Origin: an uncultured Methanosarcinales archaeon
Lineage (GTDB): Archaea; Nanobdellota; Nanobdellia; Woesearchaeales; GW2011-AR9
Assembly: GCA_964362365.1 (NCBI GenBank)
Contig: CAYIEF010000001.1
Coordinates: 4,207 to 68,206 of the forward strand
Reading direction: 5' to 3'
DNA: 64,000 nucleotides
Each line of letters begins with the position of its first letter. Positions within the stretch are counted from its first letter, which is position 1. The position numbers were made by a program, and so were the translations under genes. This document shows, in pieces, positions 9,840-18,624 of this stretch. The notes beneath the pieces are model-generated. The model was not told the DNA's origin. It saw only the letters and a program-made list of their open reading frames with translations, and did no database searches.

Positions 9840-10250
9840 TTAACTGATGGGAGGGACTGCTTCGACTTCTTTGCTGATGGGAGGAACGCTCTCGCCTGGG
9901 GCACCCTCGGAACCGCCGATGACAATGATGCCTTCTTCTTGGCCCGGGGTTCGTTTAAGCTGTGTGAGCTGCTGTTGCAGCCGCTCAATCTTCAGGCTTT
10001 GTGCAGCAATAAGAAGCTTGTCCCTGGATACCTGCTTATTGGTGAAGGTATATCCTCTTTTGCGCAGGATAGCTTGTCCGGCCACAGCACTTTTCTCCGT
10101 TTCCGCTTCTTTCAGCACCGCGTCCAACTCTTCATCAGAGAAAGCCGCCAGCCCTGCTTTCAATTCTTCTTCTGAAGATTCAGAAACACAAGCTACTAGC
10201 AATAGCAAAGAAGCCAGCAATGTTGTTACAAACATTAATTGTTTTATCAT
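9840..10250 (-). CDS. secreted lipoprotein-like hypothetical protein
   Basis: Signal peptide plus LLVAC lipobox after the internal Met (MIKQLMF). Acidic and Gly/Pro-rich tail. Confidence 0.45.
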   Translation of the reverse strand: MIKQLMFVTTLLASLLLLVACVSESSEEELKAGLAAFSDEELDAVLKEAETEKSAVAGQAILRKRGYTFTNKQVSRDKLLIAAQSLKIERLQQQLTQLKRTPGQEEGIIVIGGSEGAPGESVPPISKEVEAVPPIS

Positions 10251-10402
10251 CTTTGCACCTTTTTCTTTTTTTATGATAAGCCCCAACCATCTTATTTATA
10301 ATTCATTTTTAGGACCTATCACTTGGTATGGTTTAACTTTTATGAATAATAATTTAATGATAATAAAAGAAAGGAATATAAAAACTTATCCTTTCAAACT
10401 AT

Positions 10403-10885
10403 TTACTCTAATATACCATAATAAATATTGCACAAGGAAACATCAAGAAAATTACCCCATCCAGCCTTGTGGCTTAATCTAAATCCGGCATCAATGCTCC
10501 AATCAAGATGGTTTAACACCGGATCGTATCCACCCCCACATTCAACAAAGAATTTTTCGACATCGGCATTTCGTAGATGTTCAATTACTCCTTTTACTAA
10601 ACTGGCATAACTTTCAAAAGTTTGATCTCCTTCCTTGATAGAATCTTTGTAATCGCTTATGGAACAAACATGGAGAAAACTCGGCTTAGAAAATCTTTGT
10701 TCTTTTTGCAACCATGTTTTTCCGTCATTAAAAATTTCAGGTTTTTTAGTAGTTACATAGAGTTGCGAATATTGCGAAGGTTTCTCCCCGTGCATGCATA
10801 TCCTAACCATGGTGCCCAAAACTTTCTGAAAACTTTTCAAATCATCTGTTTCGTACGAGAATCTTTGTGTAAGATTTATTGACAT
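10403..10885 (-). CDS. hypothetical protein
   Basis: 160-aa ORF directly downstream of rtcB on the same strand. Confidence 0.45.
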   Translation of the reverse strand: MSINLTQRFSYETDDLKSFQKVLGTMVRICMHGEKPSQYSQLYVTTKKPEIFNDGKTWLQKEQRFSKPSFLHVCSISDYKDSIKEGDQTFESYASLVKGVIEHLRNADVEKFFVECGGGYDPVLNHLDWSIDAGFRLSHKAGWGNFLDVSLCNIYYGILE

Positions 10886-10917
10886 TTTAATTCCCCCCCA
10901 TTGATTATCTACTATTT

Positions 10918-12405
10918 CTATCCTTTCACATTTCCAATCGGCTTCAGCGCAACCACCGGCCGAGTGATTCCAGCTTTATCTAAAGTATCGACAACCACAT
11001 CAATATCTTTGTACGCTGCTCCTGCTTCTTCCGCCAAACCAGCCATAGTGACCGCATGAACATAAATTCCTTTTTTCTCCATGTCCTTCTGCAATTTATC
11101 TCCGCGAATTTCTCGTTTGGCTTTAGCGCGGCTCATGGTTCTTCCTGCACCGTGCGCGGTAGAAGCAAAGGTTTCATCAGCGCCGTCTGTTCCCAGCAAA
11201 AGATATGAGCCTGTTTCCATGCTCCCACCAAGGATGACCGGCTGCCCAATCTTAGCATAATCTTTTGGCAGTTCGGAAGCTCTGGAAGGGCCGAAAGCGC
11301 GAGTAGCTCCTTTCCTATGCACCAGAAGCTCCTTCATTTTTCCATCGACCAGATGCTTTTCCAACTTGGCAATATTATGAGCAACATCATAGACTAAACT
11401 CATTTCCATCTCTTCTGCAGTCTTTCCGAAAATCTGGCTGAAGACTTTGCGAATTTGATGAGTGATAACTTGTCTGTTTGCAAAGGCCATGTTGGCAGCA
11501 CAGGCCATGGCTTTATAGTAGTCTTGCCCTTCCGGGGAATTAAAAGGCGCGCAGGCCAGTTCCTTGTCAAGAATTTCAATGCCATATTTTGGCATGACTT
11601 CGAGAAAAACTTTCAGGTAATCAGTTCCAATCTGGTGGCCAAAACCACGGCTGCCGCAGTGCACCATGATAACTATCTGCCCTGGCTTAGTTATGCCCAT
11701 CACTTTGGCAGCATTTTTGTCGTAGATATTTTTTTCATTGACCACCTGAATTTCTAAGTAATGGTTTCCTGAACCTAAAGTACCGAGCTGGCCGAAGCCT
11801 CGTTTCACTGCTTTATCTGACACTTTGCTAGGATCCGCCTGAGGGATTTTTCCATGGCTTTCGATGTGTTCAATATCTGATTCCCAGGCGTAGCCTTTTT
11901 TCAAACACCATTGCGCGCCATCTTTCATCACTTCTTTGAATTCTTCCTTGCTTACTTTGACGAATCCTTTACAGCCTACTCCAGCTGGGACTGCTTTGTA
12001 GAGTTCGTCCACTAGTTGGTGAATACGGGGCTTTACTTCATCGACAGTAAGGTTGGTGGTCATGAGACGCATTCCGCAATTTATATCGAATCCAATTCCA
12101 CCTGGTGAAATTACTCCGCCTTCCTTGGGATCAAACGCAGCCACTCCGCCGATTGGGAATCCGTAGCCCCAATGGCCGTCAGGCATGCAGTAAGCATAGC
12201 GTTGTAAGCCAGGTAAAGTTGCGACATTGGCAATCTGGTTAAAGACACCGGCATCCATGTTATCCATCAATTCTTTATTGGCAATGATTCTTGCAGGAAC
12301 ACGCATCCCTTTGCGATATGAAACAGGAAGCTCCCAGGTAGTATCATTGATACGCTTGATCTCTTTTGGCGGTCCTGCTGGCTGCGGTTGAAATTCTTCT
12401 TCCAT
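10918..12405 (-). CDS. rtcB: RNA-splicing ligase RtcB (tRNA ligase)
   Basis: Conserved RtcB blocks GHWGYGFPIGG, DINCGMR, HCGSRGFGHQI and STAHGAGR. 495 aa. Confidence 0.95.
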   Translation of the reverse strand: MEEEFQPQPAGPPKEIKRINDTTWELPVSYRKGMRVPARIIANKELMDNMDAGVFNQIANVATLPGLQRYAYCMPDGHWGYGFPIGGVAAFDPKEGGVISPGGIGFDINCGMRLMTTNLTVDEVKPRIHQLVDELYKAVPAGVGCKGFVKVSKEEFKEVMKDGAQWCLKKGYAWESDIEHIESHGKIPQADPSKVSDKAVKRGFGQLGTLGSGNHYLEIQVVNEKNIYDKNAAKVMGITKPGQIVIMVHCGSRGFGHQIGTDYLKVFLEVMPKYGIEILDKELACAPFNSPEGQDYYKAMACAANMAFANRQVITHQIRKVFSQIFGKTAEEMEMSLVYDVAHNIAKLEKHLVDGKMKELLVHRKGATRAFGPSRASELPKDYAKIGQPVILGGSMETGSYLLLGTDGADETFASTAHGAGRTMSRAKAKREIRGDKLQKDMEKKGIYVHAVTMAGLAEEAGAAYKDIDVVVDTLDKAGITRPVVALKPIGNVKG

Positions 12406-12498
12406 GAAGCGATACAGAATGAGAATTATTTATAAGGTTTGCTGGAGGGTTTGAAAGAATCTACACGAAAAGTTTATTAAGTTTGGTAGGGTTAAAAA

Positions 12499-12575
12499 CG
12501 GCAACGCTGGGATTCGAACCAGAAGTCCTGGAAGACTAGAGTTGTCTTACCTTCTTCTCTATCAAATTGGTGATC
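12499..12575 (-). other. tRNA-like element / tRNA remnant with GGTTCGAATCC T-loop motif followed by a T5 tract
   Basis: Minus strand reads ...CTTCTGGTTCGAATCCCAGCGTTGCCG then TTTTT. I could not fold a canonical cloverleaf: no complementary 5' acceptor strand within 150 nt, and the T-stem has mismatches. Confidence 0.3.
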
Positions 12576-12684
12576 TAAGAGAAAATCCTTAAAACGGAGA
12601 AAATAGGGGTGCAATAATTTCGGGATACTACATGTTAGACATTACACCACAATCCTTTTAAATCCCTATATTCTACCGGTAAGC

Positions 12685-13152
12685 ATGGCTAAAAAAGCGG
12701 CAAAAAAGGCAGTAAAAAGAAAAACGGCATTGCCAAAGCCTGCCCGAAAAAGAGCAGAGCCTCTTAAAGTAGATGCAGATCCAACTCTCCATACTAAAGA
12801 AGAGGACGAGGTATATCCAGCCGAAGAGCAAGGAATTCTAGCTGATGAAACCTCTGAAGAGCACGAGCTGGCTATGGAACATGGCGATGAGGATGAGGAT
12901 ATTTATACCGAAGAAGGCCGCAAGAAGTTAGAAGAAGACGATGAGATCGAGCCCTGGGAAGAAGGAGTCATGGAAGGAGCTTCCGGCTTAGGACAACTAG
13001 GCAAAGACGCGCTTACCGGGAAACCGATCATGGATGCCGATGAAGTCATCGAAATGGAACTGGATGGGAAATTGTACCGGTTTGTCTCTACCGCAAATGC
13101 GGAAAAGTTCCGTGAAAAGATGACGAAGAAGAAAGTGAAGGGAAAGAAGTGA
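12685..13152 (+). CDS. hypothetical protein with basic Lys/Ala-rich N-terminus, acidic middle and YHS-like C-terminal segment lacking Cys
   Basis: MAKKAAKKAVKRK..., then an E/D-rich stretch, then GKPIMDADEVIEMELDGKLYRF. TATA-like TTTAAATCC about 25 nt upstream. Confidence 0.5.
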   Translation: MAKKAAKKAVKRKTALPKPARKRAEPLKVDADPTLHTKEEDEVYPAEEQGILADETSEEHELAMEHGDEDEDIYTEEGRKKLEEDDEIEPWEEGVMEGASGLGQLGKDALTGKPIMDADEVIEMELDGKLYRFVSTANAEKFREKMTKKKVKGKK

Positions 13153-13264
13153 GAATTAGGATATTAGTTCATTTTATTAGAAGATTGGGAAATATAATTT
13201 CCTGTCGAAACATTTAAATATCTCTGTCAAAAAAAATATTTATCTTTTTGGGGGTAATCTTAAA

Positions 13265-13603
13265 ATGACAGACATTAGAATCACAATGCAAAATTATTTA
13301 TTTGACCACGGTAGACAAAACCATCCAGTAGATTTTGAATTGAATCCTGAAAAATCAGGAATTGTTCTTAAATCATTTGAATATCAAGGTCAAAAGTTTG
13401 AAGTCACGGGTAGGCTCGCTTATGTTCCACATAGATGGGGACATCATAATCCAGGTGCAGGTCAAGTTGGAAAATATATTTTAAAAGATTCCACTGGGCA
13501 ACAAAGAGAAGTTCTCATTCAAGATTATAGAGACCATTCAGGAACATGGAATATTGCACTGATAAGTGATATCAAACCAGTAGGTAGTCTTGACGATTTG
13601 TAA
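13265..13603 (+). CDS. hypothetical protein
   Basis: 112-aa ORF. No family recognised. Confidence 0.45.
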   Translation: MTDIRITMQNYLFDHGRQNHPVDFELNPEKSGIVLKSFEYQGQKFEVTGRLAYVPHRWGHHNPGAGQVGKYILKDSTGQQREVLIQDYRDHSGTWNIALISDIKPVGSLDDL

Positions 13604-13672
13604 AGACGCAATTTATTTTCTTTAAAATTAATGTTGACTATTATTTAGATCTAACAAAAAAAAATCTCGTTA

Positions 13673-14842
13673 TCAAAACACCCTTCTTCTGCTTTTCTCC
13701 ATCTTCAACTTCCGCTTCAACGCATTCTTAGCGTTATCGAAAGTCTTGCGCAGGGCTGTTTCAATGCGCCAGTCAAACTGGCTTACGGTAATGCTCTGCC
13801 CGGGAGCATCGACGCGAAGGGAAACAGAATATTTACGCTCCCGATCGCCTTTGCTGTATTCTTTAATATGCACGACCATGGAAAATTGATCCTGGATCTC
13901 CCGCTGCAGTTTGAATGCTTCATTGGAAGCGATTTTTTGTACCGCTTCTTTTTGATACGCAAGCAAACCAACGTCATTCAATCCTACAAAGCGGATGTTG
14001 AAGTTTTCAGGAATCTGTAAACTGCTGACTAAGCGCAGGATGTTCTTCAAGGTAAGCAATCCTTCAAATTTTTCGCCATCCATGACCATAGCGCTGGAAA
14101 CATTACCATTGACCATCAAACTTACTGCTTCTGATAGCTTAGATGTTTTTGAGACAGTAACGATATTCTGATTGGTACTGAATGATTTGATGGGCAGCAG
14201 GGCTAAATTAGGCTTATCAGATTCTGCTCCTTTAGAGCCACCGCTGACTTTTTCGAATTTAGTAGAAGTTTCCCTCCTAGGAGACCAGGCTAAATATTTT
14301 TGCAGTACGTCGCGAAAACTGACAATGCCGTACAGTTTTTTCCCTTCAAAAACAGGAACTTGATCTACTCTTGATTTATGCATGATATCAACAGCCTTGC
14401 TTACTGGATCATCTTTTTCAAGTTTTTCTCCTTTCACCAGCTTGACCTCAGCGACGGTAAAAGATTTTGTTTCCGGAAGTTCTGCAGCTAATTTTGCTAA
14501 ATCTAAAGCAGAAAGTACGCCTACTATTTTTTTGTTGCTTTCCACGGGAACAAAATCGCTGTCAGCCTGAAATAAAGCATACGCAGTTTCGATAACGTCG
14601 GCATGCTCATTTACTAAGGGAGTGCGATGAACAAAATTATTTATTTTCGCTTTAGAAACATCTAATCGAGAACGCAGTAGCCCTTTCTTTTCTATAACAC
14701 CGATATATTTTTCTTTTTTAAAAATCAAACCATGCCGTTCTTCATACTTACGCAGCTGGCCAATCAGTTCTGATACTACTTGTTCGGAATCGAACGAAAG
14801 AAATTCAGATTTTATTGCGCGAGTTATTTCCATGCCATCCAC
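13673..14842 (-). CDS. CBS-domain protein with C-terminal ribosome-hibernation-factor-like (RaiA/HPF-fold) domain
   Basis: Four CBS-like repeats. The last ~95 aa (NIRFVGLNDVG...YSVSLRVDAPGQSITVSQFDWRIETALRKTFDNAKNALKRKL) follow the beta-alpha-beta-beta-beta-alpha pattern and the D-x-Y/W-x-A-I-D...KL-R-L-K signature of RaiA/HPF. Confidence 0.55.
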   Translation of the reverse strand: MDGMEITRAIKSEFLSFDSEQVVSELIGQLRKYEERHGLIFKKEKYIGVIEKKGLLRSRLDVSKAKINNFVHRTPLVNEHADVIETAYALFQADSDFVPVESNKKIVGVLSALDLAKLAAELPETKSFTVAEVKLVKGEKLEKDDPVSKAVDIMHKSRVDQVPVFEGKKLYGIVSFRDVLQKYLAWSPRRETSTKFEKVSGGSKGAESDKPNLALLPIKSFSTNQNIVTVSKTSKLSEAVSLMVNGNVSSAMVMDGEKFEGLLTLKNILRLVSSLQIPENFNIRFVGLNDVGLLAYQKEAVQKIASNEAFKLQREIQDQFSMVVHIKEYSKGDRERKYSVSLRVDAPGQSITVSQFDWRIETALRKTFDNAKNALKRKLKMEKSRRRVF

Positions 14843-14905
14843 CTCTGAAAGATTAAGAGCTTCGTAATATTTAAATCTGCCTATCTCTTAATAGAGAACT
14901 AAATT

Positions 14906-15634
14906 TTACTTCACACTAAATCCAATCTCCTGCTTTCCACCAGCATAAGATTGGAATAAGATCCATTCGATTTTGAAGGTCGCTCCAATGTTTTCATAGG
15001 TCGTATTTCCTTGTTCAGGGATGGGATTGCTCTTGATGCCGTTTACTTTGAGGGTGACTTGTTCCGGTTCGAGGAAATGGATGCTCACATTAGTTTGCAC
15101 GCCATTTATCTGTACCTGTTGCTGTTCACCTACTTTAAGAGTGTAAATAGTCTTTTCCTCTTCAACTTCTTCAGCCAGATTTTCGGCTATGGCAGAGTAT
15201 TTTGGTTCTGGCGTTGGCGCTTCTGAAGCATTAGCAAAAATATTGGCGGGCTTTTCCTGGCATTGCCCTTCCCAGCAGCCCCATTCGCATTCTTTCTTGC
15301 TGATGAAAGAACAATCTTCTTTTTGATATCCTCTACGGAAATCATCGATGCATTTGAATCCAGTAGTACAAACTTCTGCCGGCCGGCATTCTCCATCGAC
15401 ACAGCCGCGTTCGCATTTTTCCGGTCGGGCCCAGGTGCAGTTTTCGTCCTGGAAACGCATATGATTTTCATCAACACATTCTGAATGAGCCGTACATTTA
15501 GTAGATATTGTGCTGGTTTCTGTGCTAGTTTCTATTTCCAACGCTTGCTCAGCTGGGGCTCGTTGGCAGGCAGCTAGGAAGAAGAGAGCTATGATTAAAA
15601 CCACTATAACACTTTTTTTTGATAATGCACTCAT
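14906..15634 (-). CDS. secreted Cys-rich lipoprotein-like protein
   Basis: Signal peptide plus LAAC lipobox. Repeated Cys-rich EGF-like blocks. Confidence 0.55.
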   Translation of the reverse strand: MSALSKKSVIVVLIIALFFLAACQRAPAEQALEIETSTETSTISTKCTAHSECVDENHMRFQDENCTWARPEKCERGCVDGECRPAEVCTTGFKCIDDFRRGYQKEDCSFISKKECEWGCWEGQCQEKPANIFANASEAPTPEPKYSAIAENLAEEVEEEKTIYTLKVGEQQQVQINGVQTNVSIHFLEPEQVTLKVNGIKSNPIPEQGNTTYENIGATFKIEWILFQSYAGGKQEIGFSVK

Positions 15635-15718
15635 AATTTAGGGCTAGAAGCTATTTTACTATATAAAGCTGTTTTACTCACTTATTAGTAATAAGAAAAG
15701 AAAGATTTATAAAATACT

Positions 15719-16495
15719 TTGCGTTTGATCATGATCATGGAAAAGGGAATGGCGTTGTTATGCGGCTCATTGTATTTCTTTTCCTGCTCGTCGGCGGCCC
15801 TGCCCATAAGGCCTGTTTCTTTATCAGCGAGAGAAAATTCAATTGCTCCATTAGCAGCATTTGAAGACGGGCTTCGGGAAGAAAGGGAGGATATTTATGA
15901 CGGGCTAGACCGCATTTCTCTGGAAACAGCTGCCGGAGCCAATGACCGGGAACGGTTTTACAACAGCTCGGTCCCATTACAGAACCTTCTTGATGATTGT
16001 AAAGGGCAGCATACCATTATGATAGATAAATCTGAGCGGAAGCTGGGGCTTTATTGCAGCGAAACTCTTCTTAAGGAATATGGTGTTTCTTTGGGATTTG
16101 CTCCGGAAGGCGATAAAGTAAAACAAGGCGACGGCAAAACGCCGGAAGGAGAGTATTTTATCACTGCAGCCTTTCCCAGCAAATTTCATAAGTCTCTGCA
16201 AATAAGCTATCCAAACATCAGGCATGCTGAACGTGGCCTTTCTTCTGGGTTGATTAGCCGAGCGCAATATACTGGAATTGTTCGAGCCATTAAAGGCTGC
16301 AGATCTCCACCGCAAAATACGAAATTAGGGAGCCTGATCCAAATTCATGGCGGTGGCGGCGGTTTAGATTTTCCAGATTGGACCTTGGGATGCATCGCTT
16401 TAGAGGATAAGGATGTGGATGAGGTTTATTCTTTTGTAATCTTAGGGTGCAATAAAGAAAGAAATCCAAAAACAAACGTAGTTATCACTCCTTAG
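15719..16495 (+). CDS. L,D-transpeptidase (YkuD) catalytic-domain protein
   Basis: C-terminal IQIHGGGGG...TLGCIAL matches the YkuD HG...(S/T)xGC(I/V) catalytic motif. N-terminal signal-like segment. Confidence 0.6.
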   Translation: MRLIMIMEKGMALLCGSLYFFSCSSAALPIRPVSLSARENSIAPLAAFEDGLREEREDIYDGLDRISLETAAGANDRERFYNSSVPLQNLLDDCKGQHTIMIDKSERKLGLYCSETLLKEYGVSLGFAPEGDKVKQGDGKTPEGEYFITAAFPSKFHKSLQISYPNIRHAERGLSSGLISRAQYTGIVRAIKGCRSPPQNTKLGSLIQIHGGGGGLDFPDWTLGCIALEDKDVDEVYSFVILGCNKERNPKTNVVITP

Positions 16496-18624
16496 GTGGG
16501 GTTTTCATAAATCTCTTCATATAGGTCCCGTTCTCCTGTCGCGGTGACTATTACTTCAGGCTCTTTTATCCCATTCGTCTGCACCCAGCTGCCGTCAGCT
16601 TGCTTAACATACCACGCCCGTTCGCCCTTGGAGAATTTTTTGCTGCCAATAGCTTCCCGCTTCCGCTCTTCCGGGTTTAGAGCAAAGATGTTGATCCCTT
16701 CGTAGAGAGGAGCTTTTCCATCCCACCCCTGGATGTTTTGCAAGTTTCCGTAGTGTGTACGCAGCTGCTGAAATCCATTATAATCTTTATCCGTAGCTGT
16801 GTTGCACGCGCTAAAGGAGAGATGTTCAACATTTCCCGGAGGTAAAGCATCAAAGGGAGAACCGCCCTCGACGGTAGCAAAGTATAACTTATCCATGGGA
16901 TTATGATCTCTAAACGCTGCTGGTGCGTCTCTCCAGACATTATCATCACCCTCTACGTGGTGTCCGGTTACTACTAATCGAGAACTTTTTGTTGCTGGCG
17001 GAACATCCCTGCTGTTAAGGATATAACATCCTTCCTGTTGACAGTATCCGACCATGCTTTTTGGCGTATGGGTATTGTCACCAGCCGCAATGATGGTTGT
17101 GGAAATTTTCTTAGAGGGATCTTTTGGCAGAATTATGTGCCCGAAGCTTTGGGCGAATATTTCTTCACAATCCTTGCCAAAGGTGCAAGTTGCAAAATGA
17201 TCCCGCGGTTTTTTGAAATAGGATGGATCTTTCTGAAATTTATTTGAAGACCAGTGATGAAGAAGCTTATCGCAGGTTTCACCTTGGCAAGCTGGATCTT
17301 TGTTATATAGAACGTCAAATCTTCCCGCTTTCACATTTTCCATGGCCCCCTTAAATTGCGGCGGCGTGGCAGCCGAGGACTTGACTTCTGTTACTATTCT
17401 TCCGTTATCTAGGGAAGCAAAAGTTATCTCTCCCCCTTGTTGATTGAGAACCTCTACCCGGTCAAAATACACTGGCGTCTTTACCGATACGGAATCACCT
17501 TCTCGTATGTTCTGAAAAGCCAACCTCCCCCGGTAAGGAGAATTTAGCGCGTCTCCTGGTCTGTTGGTAATACAACCAAAGCCGGCATTCTTCTTACAGT
17601 ACGCTCCCTCCTCACCGCGGTTAAATGCTTCTGTATAATATATACGGCTATTGGTCTTAATATCTATGATGGTGTTGTCTTCTTCAATAACTGTGGTTTT
17701 ATCAAGAAGAATGAATTTATACGGCCATTCTTTTTCTTCCTGAAATATTGTTCCTCTGATTTCCATCGGCGGGAAGCCTTCACTTTTTTGCAGGACACCG
17801 GCTTTATCGATAAACTCTGCCGAGCGGAAAAAAGTACCGGTTACCTTTGTTCCCGGCACCTCAGGCAATTGGCCGATAGCGCCTTGTTCCAATACAAAAT
17901 CGCCCTCATAGGCAACGAAATTGTTCTTGGCGTAAGGGATGCGAACAATACTTTCATCGGCTTTAAATCGAAGGTTTTTCGCTTCCTGGCCTAGCGTGAC
18001 TGCTCCTCCTTTGGTGTGGTAGAGCTCCTTTCCAAACTCGTCTGTAGCCACAAAAAATTCTTCCGTTCTTTCTATAAACGCTTCACGGAAATGTAAAGAA
18101 CCGTCCGGCTGTATGGTCGCATCGGGAACGTCTTTGACGTTGAAGGCAGTTCCTTTTGTTCCTCCGGTAATTATTTTGGTTCCGTCATATCCCTTAATTT
18201 CCACCCCTTGATCATCCATAAAGATTTTGTATTTTTTTTCCAGCCAGGCTGCTTTTGCTTGCGGGTTAGTGTTAAGAATAATGGCCTTTCCTACTGCAGC
18301 ACCATCAAATTTATTCTGCACGTTTTCTTGGTCAAATAAGTTTACATTGATGTTGAGAATTCCCGCGGCTCGCAAGGGATCTTTGGCGAAGGCTGCGTCA
18401 AGAACATTTTGTTGAGTGAGTACATTCGGATTATTTTCAATGGCTTCCCAAGCTTTTGCAGGATTATTTTCAAAAGCCGCAGAGGGATTATTCTCAAAGT
18501 TAGCATTAAATTGCTGTTCATCATTCCAATCAATTTCATGTTCCAGGGCCAATGAACTAGCAATGAGTAGCGCACTTACCATCAGTGCGGCAATTATTGT
18601 ATCTCTAATTCGAAGCGCTGCCAT
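16492..18624 (-). CDS. large secreted hypothetical protein (710 aa)
   Basis: N-terminal signal peptide. Possible Cys/His pair GYCQQEGCY...TGHHVEG (putative peptidase-like, unverified). 4-nt overlap with the transpeptidase gene end. Confidence 0.55.
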   Translation of the reverse strand: MAALRIRDTIIAALMVSALLIASSLALEHEIDWNDEQQFNANFENNPSAAFENNPAKAWEAIENNPNVLTQQNVLDAAFAKDPLRAAGILNINVNLFDQENVQNKFDGAAVGKAIILNTNPQAKAAWLEKKYKIFMDDQGVEIKGYDGTKIITGGTKGTAFNVKDVPDATIQPDGSLHFREAFIERTEEFFVATDEFGKELYHTKGGAVTLGQEAKNLRFKADESIVRIPYAKNNFVAYEGDFVLEQGAIGQLPEVPGTKVTGTFFRSAEFIDKAGVLQKSEGFPPMEIRGTIFQEEKEWPYKFILLDKTTVIEEDNTIIDIKTNSRIYYTEAFNRGEEGAYCKKNAGFGCITNRPGDALNSPYRGRLAFQNIREGDSVSVKTPVYFDRVEVLNQQGGEITFASLDNGRIVTEVKSSAATPPQFKGAMENVKAGRFDVLYNKDPACQGETCDKLLHHWSSNKFQKDPSYFKKPRDHFATCTFGKDCEEIFAQSFGHIILPKDPSKKISTTIIAAGDNTHTPKSMVGYCQQEGCYILNSRDVPPATKSSRLVVTGHHVEGDDNVWRDAPAAFRDHNPMDKLYFATVEGGSPFDALPPGNVEHLSFSACNTATDKDYNGFQQLRTHYGNLQNIQGWDGKAPLYEGINIFALNPEERKREAIGSKKFSKGERAWYVKQADGSWVQTNGIKEPEVIVTATGERDLYEEIYENPT

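Noticed and set aside
9847-10482. 211-aa plus-strand ORF
   Set aside because: Antisense shadow of the lipoprotein gene 9840-10250 and neighbouring intergenic AT-rich DNA. Low-complexity Ser/Cys-rich translation.
12499-12575. Annotating the T-loop-bearing segment as a functional tRNA gene
   Set aside because: Could not build an acceptor stem or canonical anticodon arm on either strand. Kept only as a tRNA-like remnant.
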